DNA of 64,000 bases from the human T2T-CHM13v2.0 reference genome, Homo sapiens. The notes beneath the pieces are model-generated. The model had not been told where the DNA came from. It saw nothing but the letters and a program-made list of their open reading frames with translations, and made no database searches. The number at the start of each line of letters is the position of its first letter. Position 1 is the first letter of the stretch. Shown piece by piece: positions 29,201 through 46,250 of the stretch. A program made the translations under genes and the position numbers. The stretch lies in NCBI RefSeq assembly GCF_009914755.1, contig NC_060935.1. One strand, written 5' to 3'.

Positions 29201-32200
29201 GAGCCAAGATGGCCGCCTCCACCGCCCAGTTTCGTGACAGAAGCGGAGAGCAAGGCGGCGGCGGGGCCGCGCGCTGGGCGCGACGGGAGCGCGCGCCCGC
29301 CTGGCCACCCCAGCCCAGGCTCCCGAGCCCGGGCCCTGCGGCACCCCCCGCGCCGCCGCCGCCGCCGCGGGACGGGCCCAGGGACTGGCCCAAGGCCGGG
29401 CGGAAGCCGGGGCCCGAGCCCGAGTCAGCGCCAGGCCTGGGTTCTGAGGAAAAGGCAATGGTGGCCATGGACCTGGGCTCTCTTCACTCCCTAAGAAAAG
29501 CCTGCCTGTCCCTGGGGCCCTGGAGCAGGTGGCCAGTTGGCTGAGCAGCAAAGTGGCTCCAGAGGTTCCTCATGGCAGCAAACAGGAGCTGCAGGACCTC
29601 AGATCCCAGAGCCTGCCACCTGCAAGGTCTGTGGCGCCTGCTTTGGGACCGGAAAGGGCCTGTCCATCCACACACGCTCCCACCTGCGGCAGCTGGGAGT
29701 GGCAGAGTCAGAGACGAGCGGCGTACCCATCAACCTCCTCTAGGAGCTTGTGAAGCAGAAGAGCATGCCCGACGCCCACCTTGGGCTGCCCCCGGGCCTG
29801 GCTAAGAAATCCAGCTGGCTGAAGGAGGTGGTCGCCCGGGACCCCGGCCCGGCTTGCTTACCCTGGCCAAATCCTTGGATGCCCCTGCTGTCAACAAAAC
29901 CATCAAGTTGCCTCTCGGCTTCTCGACCAAGGGCCTGGGCCAACTCCCAGCTCTCCGCTCCTTGAAAAGACACCACTGGCCCTGGAGGGCTCCCCTACTC
30001 CTAAGAATCCTGAGGACAAGAGCCCCGAGCTATCCCCGAGCCCATGGCCGGCCTCCCAAAAGGCACAGTGGCCTCAGTCAGGCCCTTGAACCTCACCTCA
30101 GGCCTAGAGCCAGCACAAGAAATCTGTTGCTGTGAGTTCTCTGGTGAGTTCTTCTAGAACCGCAAGGGCCACTCGAGCCACACGGGCTCCCACCTGCAGC
30201 AAATAGGCGTGACCGAGGGGTACGTCAATGGCTCGCCCATCGACAGACTGTGGGAGATCCTGAAGAGACGGACCCAGTTTCGCTCTGGCAGACCTCCCAA
30301 CCCGCCAGGGCCAAGTCCAAAAGCCCTGGCCAAGATGATGGACGGCACAGGTCCTGGCAGCTCACTGGAAACCCGCAGCCCCTCTGACCTTCACATCTCA
30401 CCCTTGGCCAAGAAGTTGCCGCCGCCACCAGGCAGACCCCTGGGCCACTCACCAACTGCCTTTCCTCCTCCCGTGCCCGGAAGATGTTCCCAGGTCTGGC
30501 TGCACACTCCCTGCCCAAGAAGCTGAAGCCTGAACAAATACGGGTGGAGATCAAGCGGGAGATGCTGCCGGGGGCCCTTCGTGGGGAGCTGCACCCATCT
30601 GAGAGTCCCTGGGAGGCACCACGGGAAGACATGATACCCCTGAACCTGTCTTCCCGGGCAGAGCCGGTGCGCAATATCCCCTGTGAGTTCTGCAGCGGGT
30701 TCTTTGAGAACCGCAAGGGCCTGTGTAGTCACGCACGCTCCCACTTGCTGCAGATGGGTGTGACCGGGTGGTCCGTCCATGGTTCGCCCATTGACACTGC
30801 GAGAGATCCTCAAGAAGTCCAAGCTGTGCCTCATCAAGGAGGAGCCACTGGCTGCAGACCTGGCCCCGGCCTTGGCTGAGGATGGGCCTCCCACTGTGGC
30901 CCCTGGGCCCGTTGCCGGTATCTTCTGGCCGGCCAGGCAAACCAGGCTCAGGGCCGGCCCAGGTTTCCTCGCGAGCTCAGCCTGAAGCCCATCACTGGGG
31001 CCAAGCCCTCACCCACTGGCTACCTGGGCTCAGTGGCAGCCAAGTGGCCTCTGCAGGAGGACTGCCTCCTCCCAGCAGAGGTCAAGGCCAAGACCTACAT
31101 CCAGACTGAACCGCCCTTCAAGGCAAAGACCCTTCACGAGAAGACCTCCCATTCCTCCACCGAGACCTGCTGCGAGTTGTGTGGGCTTTACTTTGAAAAC
31201 CGCAAGGCTCTGGCCAGCCACGCACGGGAACACCTGAGGCAGTTCGACGTGACCGAGTGGTGCGTCAGTGGTTCGCCCATCGAGACACTGAGCGAGTGGA
31301 TCAAGCACCAGCCCCAGAAGGTGGGCACCTACCACAACTACATCCAGGGCGGCTGCCCCTTCACCAAGAAGTTCCCCAGTGCCATCCATGGCCGTGACAG
31401 TGACAAGCGGCCGTCCCTGGGGCTGGCACCTGGGAGCCTGGCCATGGTAGGCCGCAGCGCTGGGGGCAGGGCCTGAGGCTGGCGCGGCAGTCGACAGTGG
31501 TAAGAGGCCTCTGGCAGCCAGCCCGCCAGGCACCGTGAAGGCTGAGGAGCACCAGCCGCAGAACATCAACAAATTCGAACGCCGACAAGCTCGCCCTGCA
31601 GATGCCTCCGCAGCCCGGGGAGGTGAGGAGACCAATGACCTACAGCAGAAGCTGGAGGAGGTGAGGCAACCTCCAACCCGAGTCCGGCCAGTCCCCTCCC
31701 TGGTGACCTTGACATCACTTGTCAAGTTCGTGGGCAACATCTACACGTGTCCTCAAATGCAGGTTCTGCGAGGTGGAATTCCAGGGCCCCCTCTCTATCC
31801 AGGAAGAGTAGGTGCGGCACTTACAGCGGCACATCCTGGAGATGAACTTCTCCAAAGCGGACCCCCAGCCTAAGGAGTCCCAGGTCCCGCAGGCACAGAC
31901 AGTGGCGGCAGAGGCTTCCTAACACAAAAGCATTCCAGATCCCCTCTCGTGCCACCTATGTCTCCTCTTCTTCCTCTGTGTCCTCGTCCCTCTTCCTCTT
32001 TCTTTCCATTTCCATAGGAGTAAGCCAAAACCTCAAACCAGCGCCCCCTTGGGGGCTGGGCACACTACAGCCAGGGCGCCGGGAGCCAGCTAGCCGCCCT
32101 TCCCCCAGCCCAAAGACTCTGGGACCACAGGGTGTCTTCCTTCAGCCTATGCCCACCTGGTCCAGCAGGGGCAGCAGCCAGGTCTCGGGTGGCAGCCGAT

Positions 32201-32880
32201 CTAGTCACAGGGGAGGACAGCATTCCCCCGTGTAGCAGCCAGGCAGGGCGATGTCTGCCATCGGTGGCCATTTGCAAAGACCCCAAAGACCCCTGTTCTG
32301 GTTTCCTCTCGCCCCCATGAATATCCTCTCAAACGCGTCTACATGCGAACACACACGCACCTCGTGAGACCTGGGATCTGCCCCGGACCCCCAGTTCCAG
32401 GGTTGAACGACCACATCATGCCACAGTGCTTGCTCAGGGGAAGCCACGCTCCCTCTGTGGGGCCCGCTGGAGCCTGGGAGCCCCCCACTGACCCCACAAT
32501 GCCACGGAAATCCTTGTTGGCTGCCCCCCAGAGGGGCCTTCCCAACTGGGAAGAGCCTAGAGCTGACAGCTGGCTCCTGCCATGTCAAGACTCCCAAAGA
32601 GCGGGGTGGGACTCTCCTCCCCCACCCCTGCCCCTCCCCCTCCCCCTTTTCACTGTTGCTTTCTATGTATGGCTCCCTACATTTTTCACTTTTTTAAAAA
32701 CGCGTTTTGTGTATAAAATAAAGAACGTGGATCTTTTTATTTTGCAATCCTGGGCCAGCTAGAAGCCAGGAGCTGATTGACCTTTTAGCTTTTTTCAGTG
32801 GCCGCATTTTGATTATCGATGTACCTAGAAGTATGTAAATTAGATTAAATTTCTCTTCTGGAAAAGCCCCGGGGGGAAGA
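29201..32880 (+). pseudogene. WIZP1: Processed pseudogene of WIZ (widely interspaced zinc finger; G9a/GLP partner), short-isoform mRNA
   Basis: Intronless WIZ peptides spread over several frames: MVAMDLGS, SKVAPEVPHGSKQELQDL, YVNGSPID, KKLKPEQIRVEIKREML, PLNLS, CELCGLYFENRKALASHAREH, NINKFERRQAR, TSLVKFVGNIYT. There are five C2H2 remnants, many frameshifts and premature stops (e.g. TAG 29741). The native stop is TAA 31920-31922, followed by a ~0.95 kb 3' UTR and ATTAAA at 32844. Imperfect TSD AAAGAAAAGGAAGAG (29185) / AAAAAGAAGGAAGAG (32881). The symbol assumes this is the annotated human WIZ retrocopy. Confidence 0.93.
29205..29440. promoter_or_regulatory. Small CpG-island-like segment carried in with the WIZ retrocopy
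   Basis: Very GC-rich with dense CpG, (GCC)n and a YY1-like AAGATGGCCGCC, set in AT-rich surroundings. Activity is unknown. Confidence 0.5.
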
Positions 32881-33119
32881 AAAAAGAAGGAAGAGAGGAC
32901 TCCCACTTGAAGTAATCAATGAGGTATAGGAAGGAGGAAAAAATGGCCAAGGAATCTGGGGAGCCAGGAATGCTGTGACAGGAATGGGAAGCTGAAATGA
33001 CAACTTGGATGTGGTCAAAATTTTATTAATTCTTTTCCAAAACAACACTCTTGTAGGATAAGATTATCTTATTCCCATTTTACAGATAAATAACCTAAGT
33101 TGCTCATGCAAGAAAATGA

Positions 33120-33242
33120 ATATTTTATATATGTTTATATATTTGTGTACACACACACACAAATATGGACATACACCTATGTATATATTACATGAATAAA
33201 TACATATATACATATGTGTGCATACATATATATGTTATATTT
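33120..33242. repeat. TA/CA simple repeat
   Basis: Directly visible. Confidence 0.8.
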
Positions 33243-33621
33243 ATAAAATCTTCCCTCGTGACAAAAATGATTTAAGTTAGTTTTAACATCTTTAAGATAG
33301 TAAGCAAAAGAAGTGAAATTGATACTTAGTGTTGACAACATAGATGTGTGACTGGATGCCCAACAAAGCAGTGAAGAAATTCACTTTCTACTGACTGCTT
33401 AAAATCATGAAACCAACTCATGTGTTAAATACCATTACATGTTAAACCAATGCATGGACCAAGCAGAACAATTCCTGAAATGTCCATTAGGCAGTAATTC
33501 TGTTGAAGAACTCCATATTATCCAAGGTTTCTATAGTGTATATTTTACATTGTTAGTCTTACCACCCACAAAGGAGATTTTAATATTAGAATTAGGAGTC
33601 TGAACTTGAGTTTGAATTTTC

Positions 33622-37818
<4,197 letters not shown>

Positions 37819-38322
37819 GAGTTGGAGTTTTCATTCTTTCCTTTGTATAGTGGCTATTCTTGAAAAAACAAAAATGAAACCAAACAAAAAAGCTCTTAAA
37901 TATTTTTGCCTCAGTTTTATAAAATAAGAGGTAATACCATATATCAGTCATGTTTTGTGAATGTTGGGTTTGCCAACATCAAGAACCTTAAATATCCAAT
38001 CAGAAGCATTATAATAACATATGGTAATATTTTAGTGATTTGCAAGTGGTTATGAGATAAGCTTTTACTTGAAATTCATTTCCTCTATATCTGAAAATAA
38101 TAAAATAATTTGAGATAATTGGGTTCAGAGATGTGACAACAGTACCAAAGTAATTATAAGTTGCCCTCCAAAGGCAGCCTAACTAACTTGAAGTTAAAGA
38201 TGAACATAACCCATTATATAAACTGCAAGTTGTCTAAATATGCATCAATATTTTCATTACAGTTATTATTATAACTTGTGTTTCATGGCCAATGTGAAAA
38301 TTGGGTACTGAGTTTTTCATAA

Positions 38323-38662
<340 letters not shown>

Positions 38663-39388
38663 AATTTAGATGTCATTTGATGATGGTCATTTTATTTCTC
38701 TTCTAACCTCGGCTTTTTTGTTTTGTTTTGTTTTGTTTTTGTAGTGTAACCACTGTGTTAATATAATGAATATTTCAAAAGTTCCTAACCAAAGGAAACA
38801 CTATTATGAGAAGTCCAAACCACCTTTATCCATTTTCTGTCCTAAATTCCTTCTCAGGACCATTAAAGAGTACTGTTTGTTTCCTCATATATTGAATTAG
38901 GTCTCAGGTAAAATGGGTATTTCTATTTTTGTTCTTGTGGTTTTTCTTGCCAAGCCTTTTTTATTCCCTGTATAAGTTATATATAATCCCAAAGAGAGAT
39001 TTACAGGGAGTCACTGCCAGTAAACAATCCACAGGGTATTCTAAAATGGCCCCTATGAACAGATGACTAAGGCTCTTAACTAGGTAAATCCTGTCTGAAA
39101 AGGTTCCTGTTTACTTTAGCATGAGTTCTGTTCCAGAAGCTTCCACACACATGAATCTTTTTGATTGAAATTTTCCAGTAGTATTTTTTTTTAATTAAAG
39201 AGCACTGAATTCCAGCCTTGGAAAAATCTTAAGCTCAAGCTTCTCTAACCACGTAACAGTACTAATAACATAATCCAAAAATGAATTTAAAGTTATAGAA
39301 GGGAGTACATTTTATCATGTTGACAAATTGCATGTTGAGGCTTTTTATTTTTATTTTCATTGCAACATTTTCATTAGTTAAGCTATTC

Positions 39389-39687
39389 TTTTTTTTTTTT
39401 CTTTGAGACAGAGTCGTGTTCTGTTGCCCAGGCTGGAGTGCAGTGGCGTGATCTCATCTCACTGCAACCTCCACCTCCTCAGTTGAAGCCATTCTCATGC
39501 CTCAGCCCCCTGAGTAGATGGGATTGCAGGCATGCACTACCATGCTTAGGTAATTTTTGTATTTTTTAGTAGAGACAGGATTTCACCATGTTTACCACAC
39601 TGGTCTCGAACTCCTGACCTCAGTTGATCCGACTGCCTCAGCCTCCCAAAGTGCTGGGGTTACAGGTGTGAGCCACTTCATCTAACC
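39389..39687 (-). mobile_element. Alu (S-like)
   Basis: Poly(T) followed by an antisense dimeric Alu. Confidence 0.95.
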
Positions 39688-39702
39688 AAGAAACTCATTC
39701 TT

Positions 39703-40260
39703 CCCATTACTGGGTATATAACCAAAGGATTATAAATCATGCTGCTATAAAGACACATGCACACGTATGTTTATAGAGGCACTACTCACAATAGCAAAGA
39801 CTTGGAACCAACCCAAATGTCCAACAATGATAGACTGGATTAAGAAAACGTGGCACATATACACCATGGAATACTATGCAGCCATAAAAAATGATGAGTT
39901 CATGTCCTTTGTAGGGACATGGATGAAACTGGAAACCATCATTCTCAGCAAACTGTCGCAAGGACAAAAAACCAAACACCGCATGTTCTCACTCATAGGT
40001 GGGAACTGAACAATGAGAACACATGGACACAGGAAGGGGAACATCACACACTGGGGACTGTTGTCGGGTAGGGGGAGTGGGGAGGGACAGCATTAGGAGA
40101 TATACCTAGTGCTAAATGACGAGTTAATGGGTGCAGCACATCAACATGGCACATGTATACATATGTAACAAACTTGCATGTTGTGCACATGTACCCTAAA
40201 ACTTAAAGTATAATAATAATAAAAAATAAAAAAAGTTCACTTAAAAATAAAAAAAAAAAA
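39703..40260 (+). mobile_element. 5'-truncated young L1PA (PA4/5-like) 3' end
   Basis: ORF 39767-40009 ends HRMFSLIGGN and a poly(A) follows. Perfect 15-bp TSD AAGAAACTCATTCTT at 39688 and 40261. Confidence 0.96.
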
Positions 40261-41160
40261 AAGAAACTCATTCTTGAGGCTCAATAGCCATAACCCCAAT
40301 CAAAATAGACCAAAACATTACCTGACAAATTTTGAGATGGCAAGAAGATTGTAAGGATCAGTGCCAGACCCGGGGTCAAAAGTCCAGAATATGAATCCTG
40401 ACACAATCTGAGTTGTGAATCTGCCTCTTTCTATCACTCAGAGTAAGCCAAACATGTGAGGCTTCAGTTCACTCACCTGGTAAAATTTAAGGAGTAATGT
40501 ATGCTTAATGTCCCCATAGGGATAGTGGATGAAAAATAGTTACAAGTTTTCTTTTGAGGTGAGGTAGGATTTTCACATCACTTGTTTTGAAAATTAAACA
40601 TGCAAAATCATTTTAAATAAAAAGAAAGTTGCAAGGAGTTATTAACTCTGAAATTATATGTCTATACTTTAAATTCTGGTTTCAGAAAATACAGACACTA
40701 TAGTAATGTAATTAGAAGGATAGATATAATGAGAATTAAGAAGGTATCAACAATATTATGTATCACTAGAATCTTCTATCACACATTCTGGCTTCCTATT
40801 ACCTTAACCCTTGGCAGTTATACCAATCTCTGTTAACACTGCTTCATTTTTAAATGTCACTAATATGGATCTAATTTTCCTCATTAGTAATATTTGGCAA
40901 ATAAATTAGATTGGTGATTCTCAAAGTATGTTAAGAGTACTACATGCACTAATCCAACTAGAGGCACCCACCAAAACAGTTTAGAAATTTTAACATGATA
41001 TTCTTATCTTAAAGCTATGCAAGATACATTCAAATTCATATCCTAAAATATCTGAGAAGTCATAAAATAAATAAACGAATTAATGTTTGATTAACCCAAA
41101 TTTTCTCCAAAATGTTTTGACCATGGTATTCTTTTCTAGAAGTAACATGTATTAACACAG

Positions 41161-41631
41161 TGTAGTTGACCATGTATGTGTCTGACCCATACCCTATCAC
41201 TCTTGCAGTTTTACTGTCAGCTTCTCCAAGGGCCAGCATCTGAATCATTTTTCTTGTGGATTTTCTTTACCTCCCCTACATGTTCCTTTGCCAAGCCTTT
41301 CCTCAAGATGGCTTTATCTGCCTACCTTGCAGAAAGAAGTGCTGGGAATTAATACTCTCAACTTCCAAACAGCATCTAAGATGAGATAGTGCACAAATAC
41401 CCTAGGTCTCTCCCAGCTTGTGTGGTGTGTTTTCCATTGGCTTCCACAGTTTTCCATGAGGTATTAACCTCCGGCACCCACAGTGGTAGGTTGGTTAAAA
41501 AGATAATTTATCTTGGCTGCCTTTCTTCTAGTCTCACTCCTCTACCACTGGTGTTTCTTTTATATCCCAAACAAGCTACTTGCACTTGAATTCTTGCTCT
41601 TGGGCATACCTCTGCAGAATGCAAACTGAGA
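41161..41631 (+). mobile_element. LTR16-like ERVL LTR
   Basis: The 3' end CTACTTGCACTTGAATTCTTG..CAAACTGAGACA resembles LTR16/LTR33 ends. Confidence 0.6.
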
Positions 41632-41858
41632 CACATATATAGGAAACCAAATGCTTCCTGCTGTCCTTTTCAATGACCCAAATATCTGAACAATTACTTC
41701 TGAAAGCCACTGAATACAAATTTCCAGGTTTATGCAACCTGAGCTCTTTCCATTGTATTACTGTTCTGTTTGTATTTTGTAAAAGGTTAAAGTTTGCTGA
41801 CATTCCCTCTTAGGCATTTTAAGTGCTGGGTCCTTTAAGTGCTGGGTCCTCTAAATTC

Positions 41859-42404
41859 TGTCACAGTAATTTTACTGGGCAAATTAAACAAGCAAGGAAA
41901 ACTTTTTTCCAGACTACTGCAACTGGGAAGAAAGACTGAATTCAATCCCGCTGAAACAAAATGTGGAATGTTTAGGTGAATGCGTGAAACTACTGGAGAG
42001 GAGAGGTTGGTCAATGAGATGTGGAGATCACATTTGGTTATTACTGAGTCTGTAATTGTTTTTTTTCTGTGATCTGGCCATCCATGTTTGCTAATTGGTG
42101 CCAGTCAGGTTAGGTTCCTACCCTCTTACAATGACTGGGACATAGGGCACTATTTCTTTCAATGTTTACATTTCAAAGAGATAGTTCCCAGGTAATTGAA
42201 AAAGACATTTATTTGGTTGTAAAATTGCCAAGAGACTTGGAGACAATTTATATACATTTTAAAGGGGTAGTGAAAAAACGTACAATTGCAAGTTTTTCTT
42301 AAAGCAAATACTCTAAGAAAAAGAGAGGTCATGAGCCTATAGTCAGGAACAAACCTGTCTAAAGTTTAGTCAAATTGAGGGGAGTGTTAAGGCACTCTTG
42401 GCCA
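41859..42404 (-). mobile_element. ERV1 solo LTR (MER67/MER31-like)
   Basis: The reverse complement begins TGGCCAAGA..CCTTAAC..TTGACTAAACTTTAGACAGG. TG..CA ends with 4-bp TSD ATTC. Confidence 0.75.
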
Positions 42405-42627
42405 ATTCCTAGGAATGAACATCCAAAGATATGCTTTCCTACTTTTCCCTTATGAAGTGGTCAAAGGTAGTGTAAGAGTTGTTCAGATTTGTTCCCCTAT
42501 TAAATGTATGACCCTAGGACATTAAACATCTCTAAGCCTCATTGGCAAAATACTGATATTAATCTATATTTTCTTTCGTATGATTGTAATGATCAAAAGA
42601 AATAATGTATGAGAAGTTTTTGGCATA

Positions 42628-43039
42628 TCATATTAGCTTTCTAGGAATGCCACAACAAAATAGTAAGTATTGAGGTCCTAAACAAAAGCCATTGTGTGGT
42701 ATTTAACCCCTAAAGAAAGAAATTTGTTTTATCACAATTTTGGGGGCTGGATATCCAAGATCAAGGTGCCCCCAAGATTGGATTCTGATAGACCTTTCTT
42801 CCTGACTTGCAAATAGCTACTTTCTGACTGCTGTGTCTTCATGACTTTTCCTCTGCATGAAGGCACTCTTGGTGTCGCTTCTTCTTATATGCACACCAAT
42901 TCTACTGGATAATGGCTCCATCTTATAACCTCATTTAATTGTAATTACCTCATTAAAGGTCCTATATCCAAGTATATTCACATTAAGGGTTAAGGCTTCA
43001 ACCAATGAATTTTGTGGAGACATAATTTAGACCATAACA
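42628..43039 (-). mobile_element. MLT1A/B-type MaLR LTR, within a MIR remnant
   Basis: TCCAAGATCAAGGTG..TAACCTCATTTAA..GCTTCAAC..ATGAATTTT..CCATAACA. Confidence 0.75.
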
Positions 43040-44319
43040 CTTAGTTTCCGGATCATAATAAGAAACCAATATCTAGCATCTATTATTATTCACAAACATA
43101 CAATAATTGGAAATTCCGAATAAAAGATACCCATAAGTTATATGTCAAGGAGGTTTCAGGAGCACAGAATAGAAGGTCTTTGGAGGCAAACAGCTCTACT
43201 CTAAAAGTAGATATAACTTAGAGGGAGGCATTTCAGGGACAACAAAGATAAAAATGGAAATTTTCTGATGAAAAAATTATTTCGAGAAACCAATTTATTT
43301 CTTATTTCTCCTATACTTTGGGACCATCCTACCTGGACCCTTAGAGTAATTCATAGTATTTTCAAAGCCTTTTTAAAGTAAAGTAGGACAATCTTTTTAG
43401 TCATTGTTCAGTCTCACACCAGGATCAAGGTATTTTCAGCTGTTTGAGAATACAATCAGTAAAACAAACTACATGCTAAACTTCCAGTCACTGATGAGTT
43501 TAATGAAAAATAAGAAAGTAAAATATATACCCACTCCTTCATTCATGCTGATATAGTGTATTCAGTAACCTCTGCCTGAACTTGTCCCGAGACAGAGCCA
43601 TTCAGCAGTTTTTGATTTTAACATAATGTCACAGATGTGATTGGCTTTGTAATCTTTGTCAAATTAATAGTGTGCAAACATTGCAGAATAATACAATGTA
43701 ATACAGAGTCAATGATGTATGTGCTGTATGCTGTATTAGGTGGGAGGATGCCTCAAAACTCCTTTACAGTCATATCCCAACAAACACTTGTGAGAAAACC
43801 TGCAATGAGAGGCTGGAGGGGTGGGGATCGTGGGATTCTTACTTTCAGGATATCAAGTATTTATATTAAAAGGGGGTAGAGGAAATGCCTTGATCTGTTC
43901 ACTGCTTCTCAGATTTCATTCCTGACAATTCTTCCTTATAATGAAAGGAAATAAAATGAGGTGGGGACGAATAAGAATGGGAAGTAAGACCAAAAAGGTT
44001 GAAAAAATAGTTGTGGTTTTCTGAAACAAAATTAAGGTCATGAAATATCTGGACCCCTGACAGCTTCATTTCTTGTTTCTTCTGGCATTGTTTATCACAT
44101 TAGCTAAATGAATTAAGCACTTCAATTAAAAGTCTCCTGACTGCTGATCAATCAACATGATTTTCAGAGTGCTTAAATTAATCTCTAAGGAAACATCAAA
44201 TTCGATTAATGCTGTTACTTGGCCCATTCACATACACACAAGCCCAGGACACATTCACATGCACACACACACACACACACGTACTAATTACAAATATCGT
44301 TACTTTGGTATCTTAAGGT

Positions 44320-44775
44320 TAATTCTCACTCTCAGACATTATATGAAGCATCTTTGTGTACTCTTTTTCTTTAAAAGTCACAACTTTATCACATACATAG
44401 GTAACATTATATAGTTAATTTTATAAATGAGGAAACTGAGACTTAGTATGTCTCTTCCTTGACTATAGTCCCCAGATTAATGAATGGAAGTTTTATTATT
44501 TTAGCCTATTTCTGTCTAATTTGAAAACTACTAGTGGGAGAAAAGAGTTTCATTATGAAGAGCCTTGAGTCAGATGGAATATTTTTGAATTTTGAATACA
44601 GTAATTAGTGTAAAAATGTTTGCGTGTTAGTTTGTTTCAGCATTGCCTTCTGTAATATGAATATAAAATATTTTGTACCTAAAAGAAATGTTGTGACAAC
44701 CAAATGAATAAATGCAAGTAATGTACTCAGAAGTACATTACTCAGAATGTAGCACCATCTAGTAAATGTTAGTCT
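44320..44775. mobile_element. Two MIR remnants in opposite orientation
   Basis: ATTTTATAAATGAGGAAACTGAG on the minus strand, and GCCTTGAGTCAGA..CATCTAGTAAATGTTAG on the plus strand. Confidence 0.55.
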
Positions 44776-46102
44776 TGAAGATGATGATGAGGAGGAGGAG
44801 GATGGTGATGACTGAAGATAATAGCAAAGATTCATATTGCCTCTGGTGAGAAAACAGCTTTATACACAGTGGGTGATGCTTCTTTCTATTTGTGAAAACA
44901 TGTTTTTCTGAAAGACAATGAGATATGTACAATGGGAAGGCTTGCTTCAGCTAAAGCAATCTATTGAACCCATCCGATCTGTACTTTCTGCATTGCTGTT
45001 ACTACTTTGACCACCCTTGACTACAATTCTTAGGATAATTCTTGCAGGAAAATGCATATGATGTCACCTGCTGAAACTGGAAATACAGATTATTGATTGT
45101 ACTCTAGGAAACTTTATGTCTTATTTTCTAATGGAGTTTAGGGACTGGGCATCCAATAGCCAACTGAAGGAATATACCCAGGATCCCATAGCTTGTTAGC
45201 ATGACTTTCAGAGGAAAGGTATGTTCATTCTATCCAAAGCCTCCAAATTCATTCTCCCTCATGCATTCTGTTTTTATACTCACCTTTAATATGGATGGGA
45301 GGTTAAAGTACTCCTTATACCACACTTAGTCTAAATTGTCTGCCAAGTTATTCAAAGTAATTAAAGAAACCCTGGCTTTAAACATAGAACCTAGCTAAAA
45401 CCCACAATTTTTCAGAAATTTTTAAAGCACCTTTCTGTTTCAGTGGTTATCAGTGCCAAGAAAAATATCTTCTTAAAAACAAAGATACTCAATTTTAGAA
45501 AATTTGTTCTGTTTTCAGACACCCTCTTTATATTGTGTTTGACTTAATATCGGGTAGAGACAGGGTTTGTCTCCACAAAGGATAGCATTAAAACACTTAA
45601 CATTAATAAATGGAGAAAAAGTGCAATTCAATAGCATGTTCTCAAATTTTACCAAAACTATCATTACTGATTTACTAGCAAATGTTTAAGAGGAATTGGT
45701 AAACAGAGTTCCTAAGCTATTTCAGGTTCTTTTTGTAGATTTTATGGAATGAATTTTAGAAGATTATTTTTTATGCTGGCAACATGTAATTTAGAAACTA
45801 AGCATAATTAAGATACTAGATGATCAGAACTGAAATAATGTTCCATACAGAACATTTTCACTGTATGGAACAGGCTTACTGGGAGGAGGATGCATTTGAG
45901 GTTAGCAACTTAAGTATGGTATGAATGAAAAGCAGGCCATTGCAAAAGCTGTTATAGAAAACTATAGTTCCTCAGTCATTTGTAACTCACAGAAGTTAAG
46001 CTAAATTTTAACACAAGCAAATCTAACCCATCAGAATTAATCAAGCCCTGATTCCAAGCCAAGCGTGCTAGTTAGGATTAACCTGAGTTTCCCTTCACTA
46101 TC

Positions 46103-46194
46103 TCTCTTTTCAACTCTTTCCTTTCTCTCTCTCTCTCTCTCCCTCTCTCCCTGTCTCTCTCTCTGTTTCTCTCATACACACACACACCCCCCCA
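46103..46194. repeat. (CT)n(CA)n simple repeat
   Basis: Directly visible. Confidence 0.85.
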
Positions 46195-46250
46195 CAAAGT
46201 TTTGCTTATTTCAAAATTAACCTATAATAGTAATATATGTGCTATTTTAT

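Noticed and set aside
30225-31740. Antisense ORFs of 129-236 aa
   Set aside because: Shadow ORFs expected opposite GC-rich coding-derived DNA, with no recognisable protein.
29209-31922. Functional WIZ retrogene
   Set aside because: Multiple frameshifts, premature stops and mutated zinc ligands.
41819-41850. 16-bp tandem duplication TTAAGTGCTGGGTCCT
   Set aside because: Real, but an ordinary slippage duplication.
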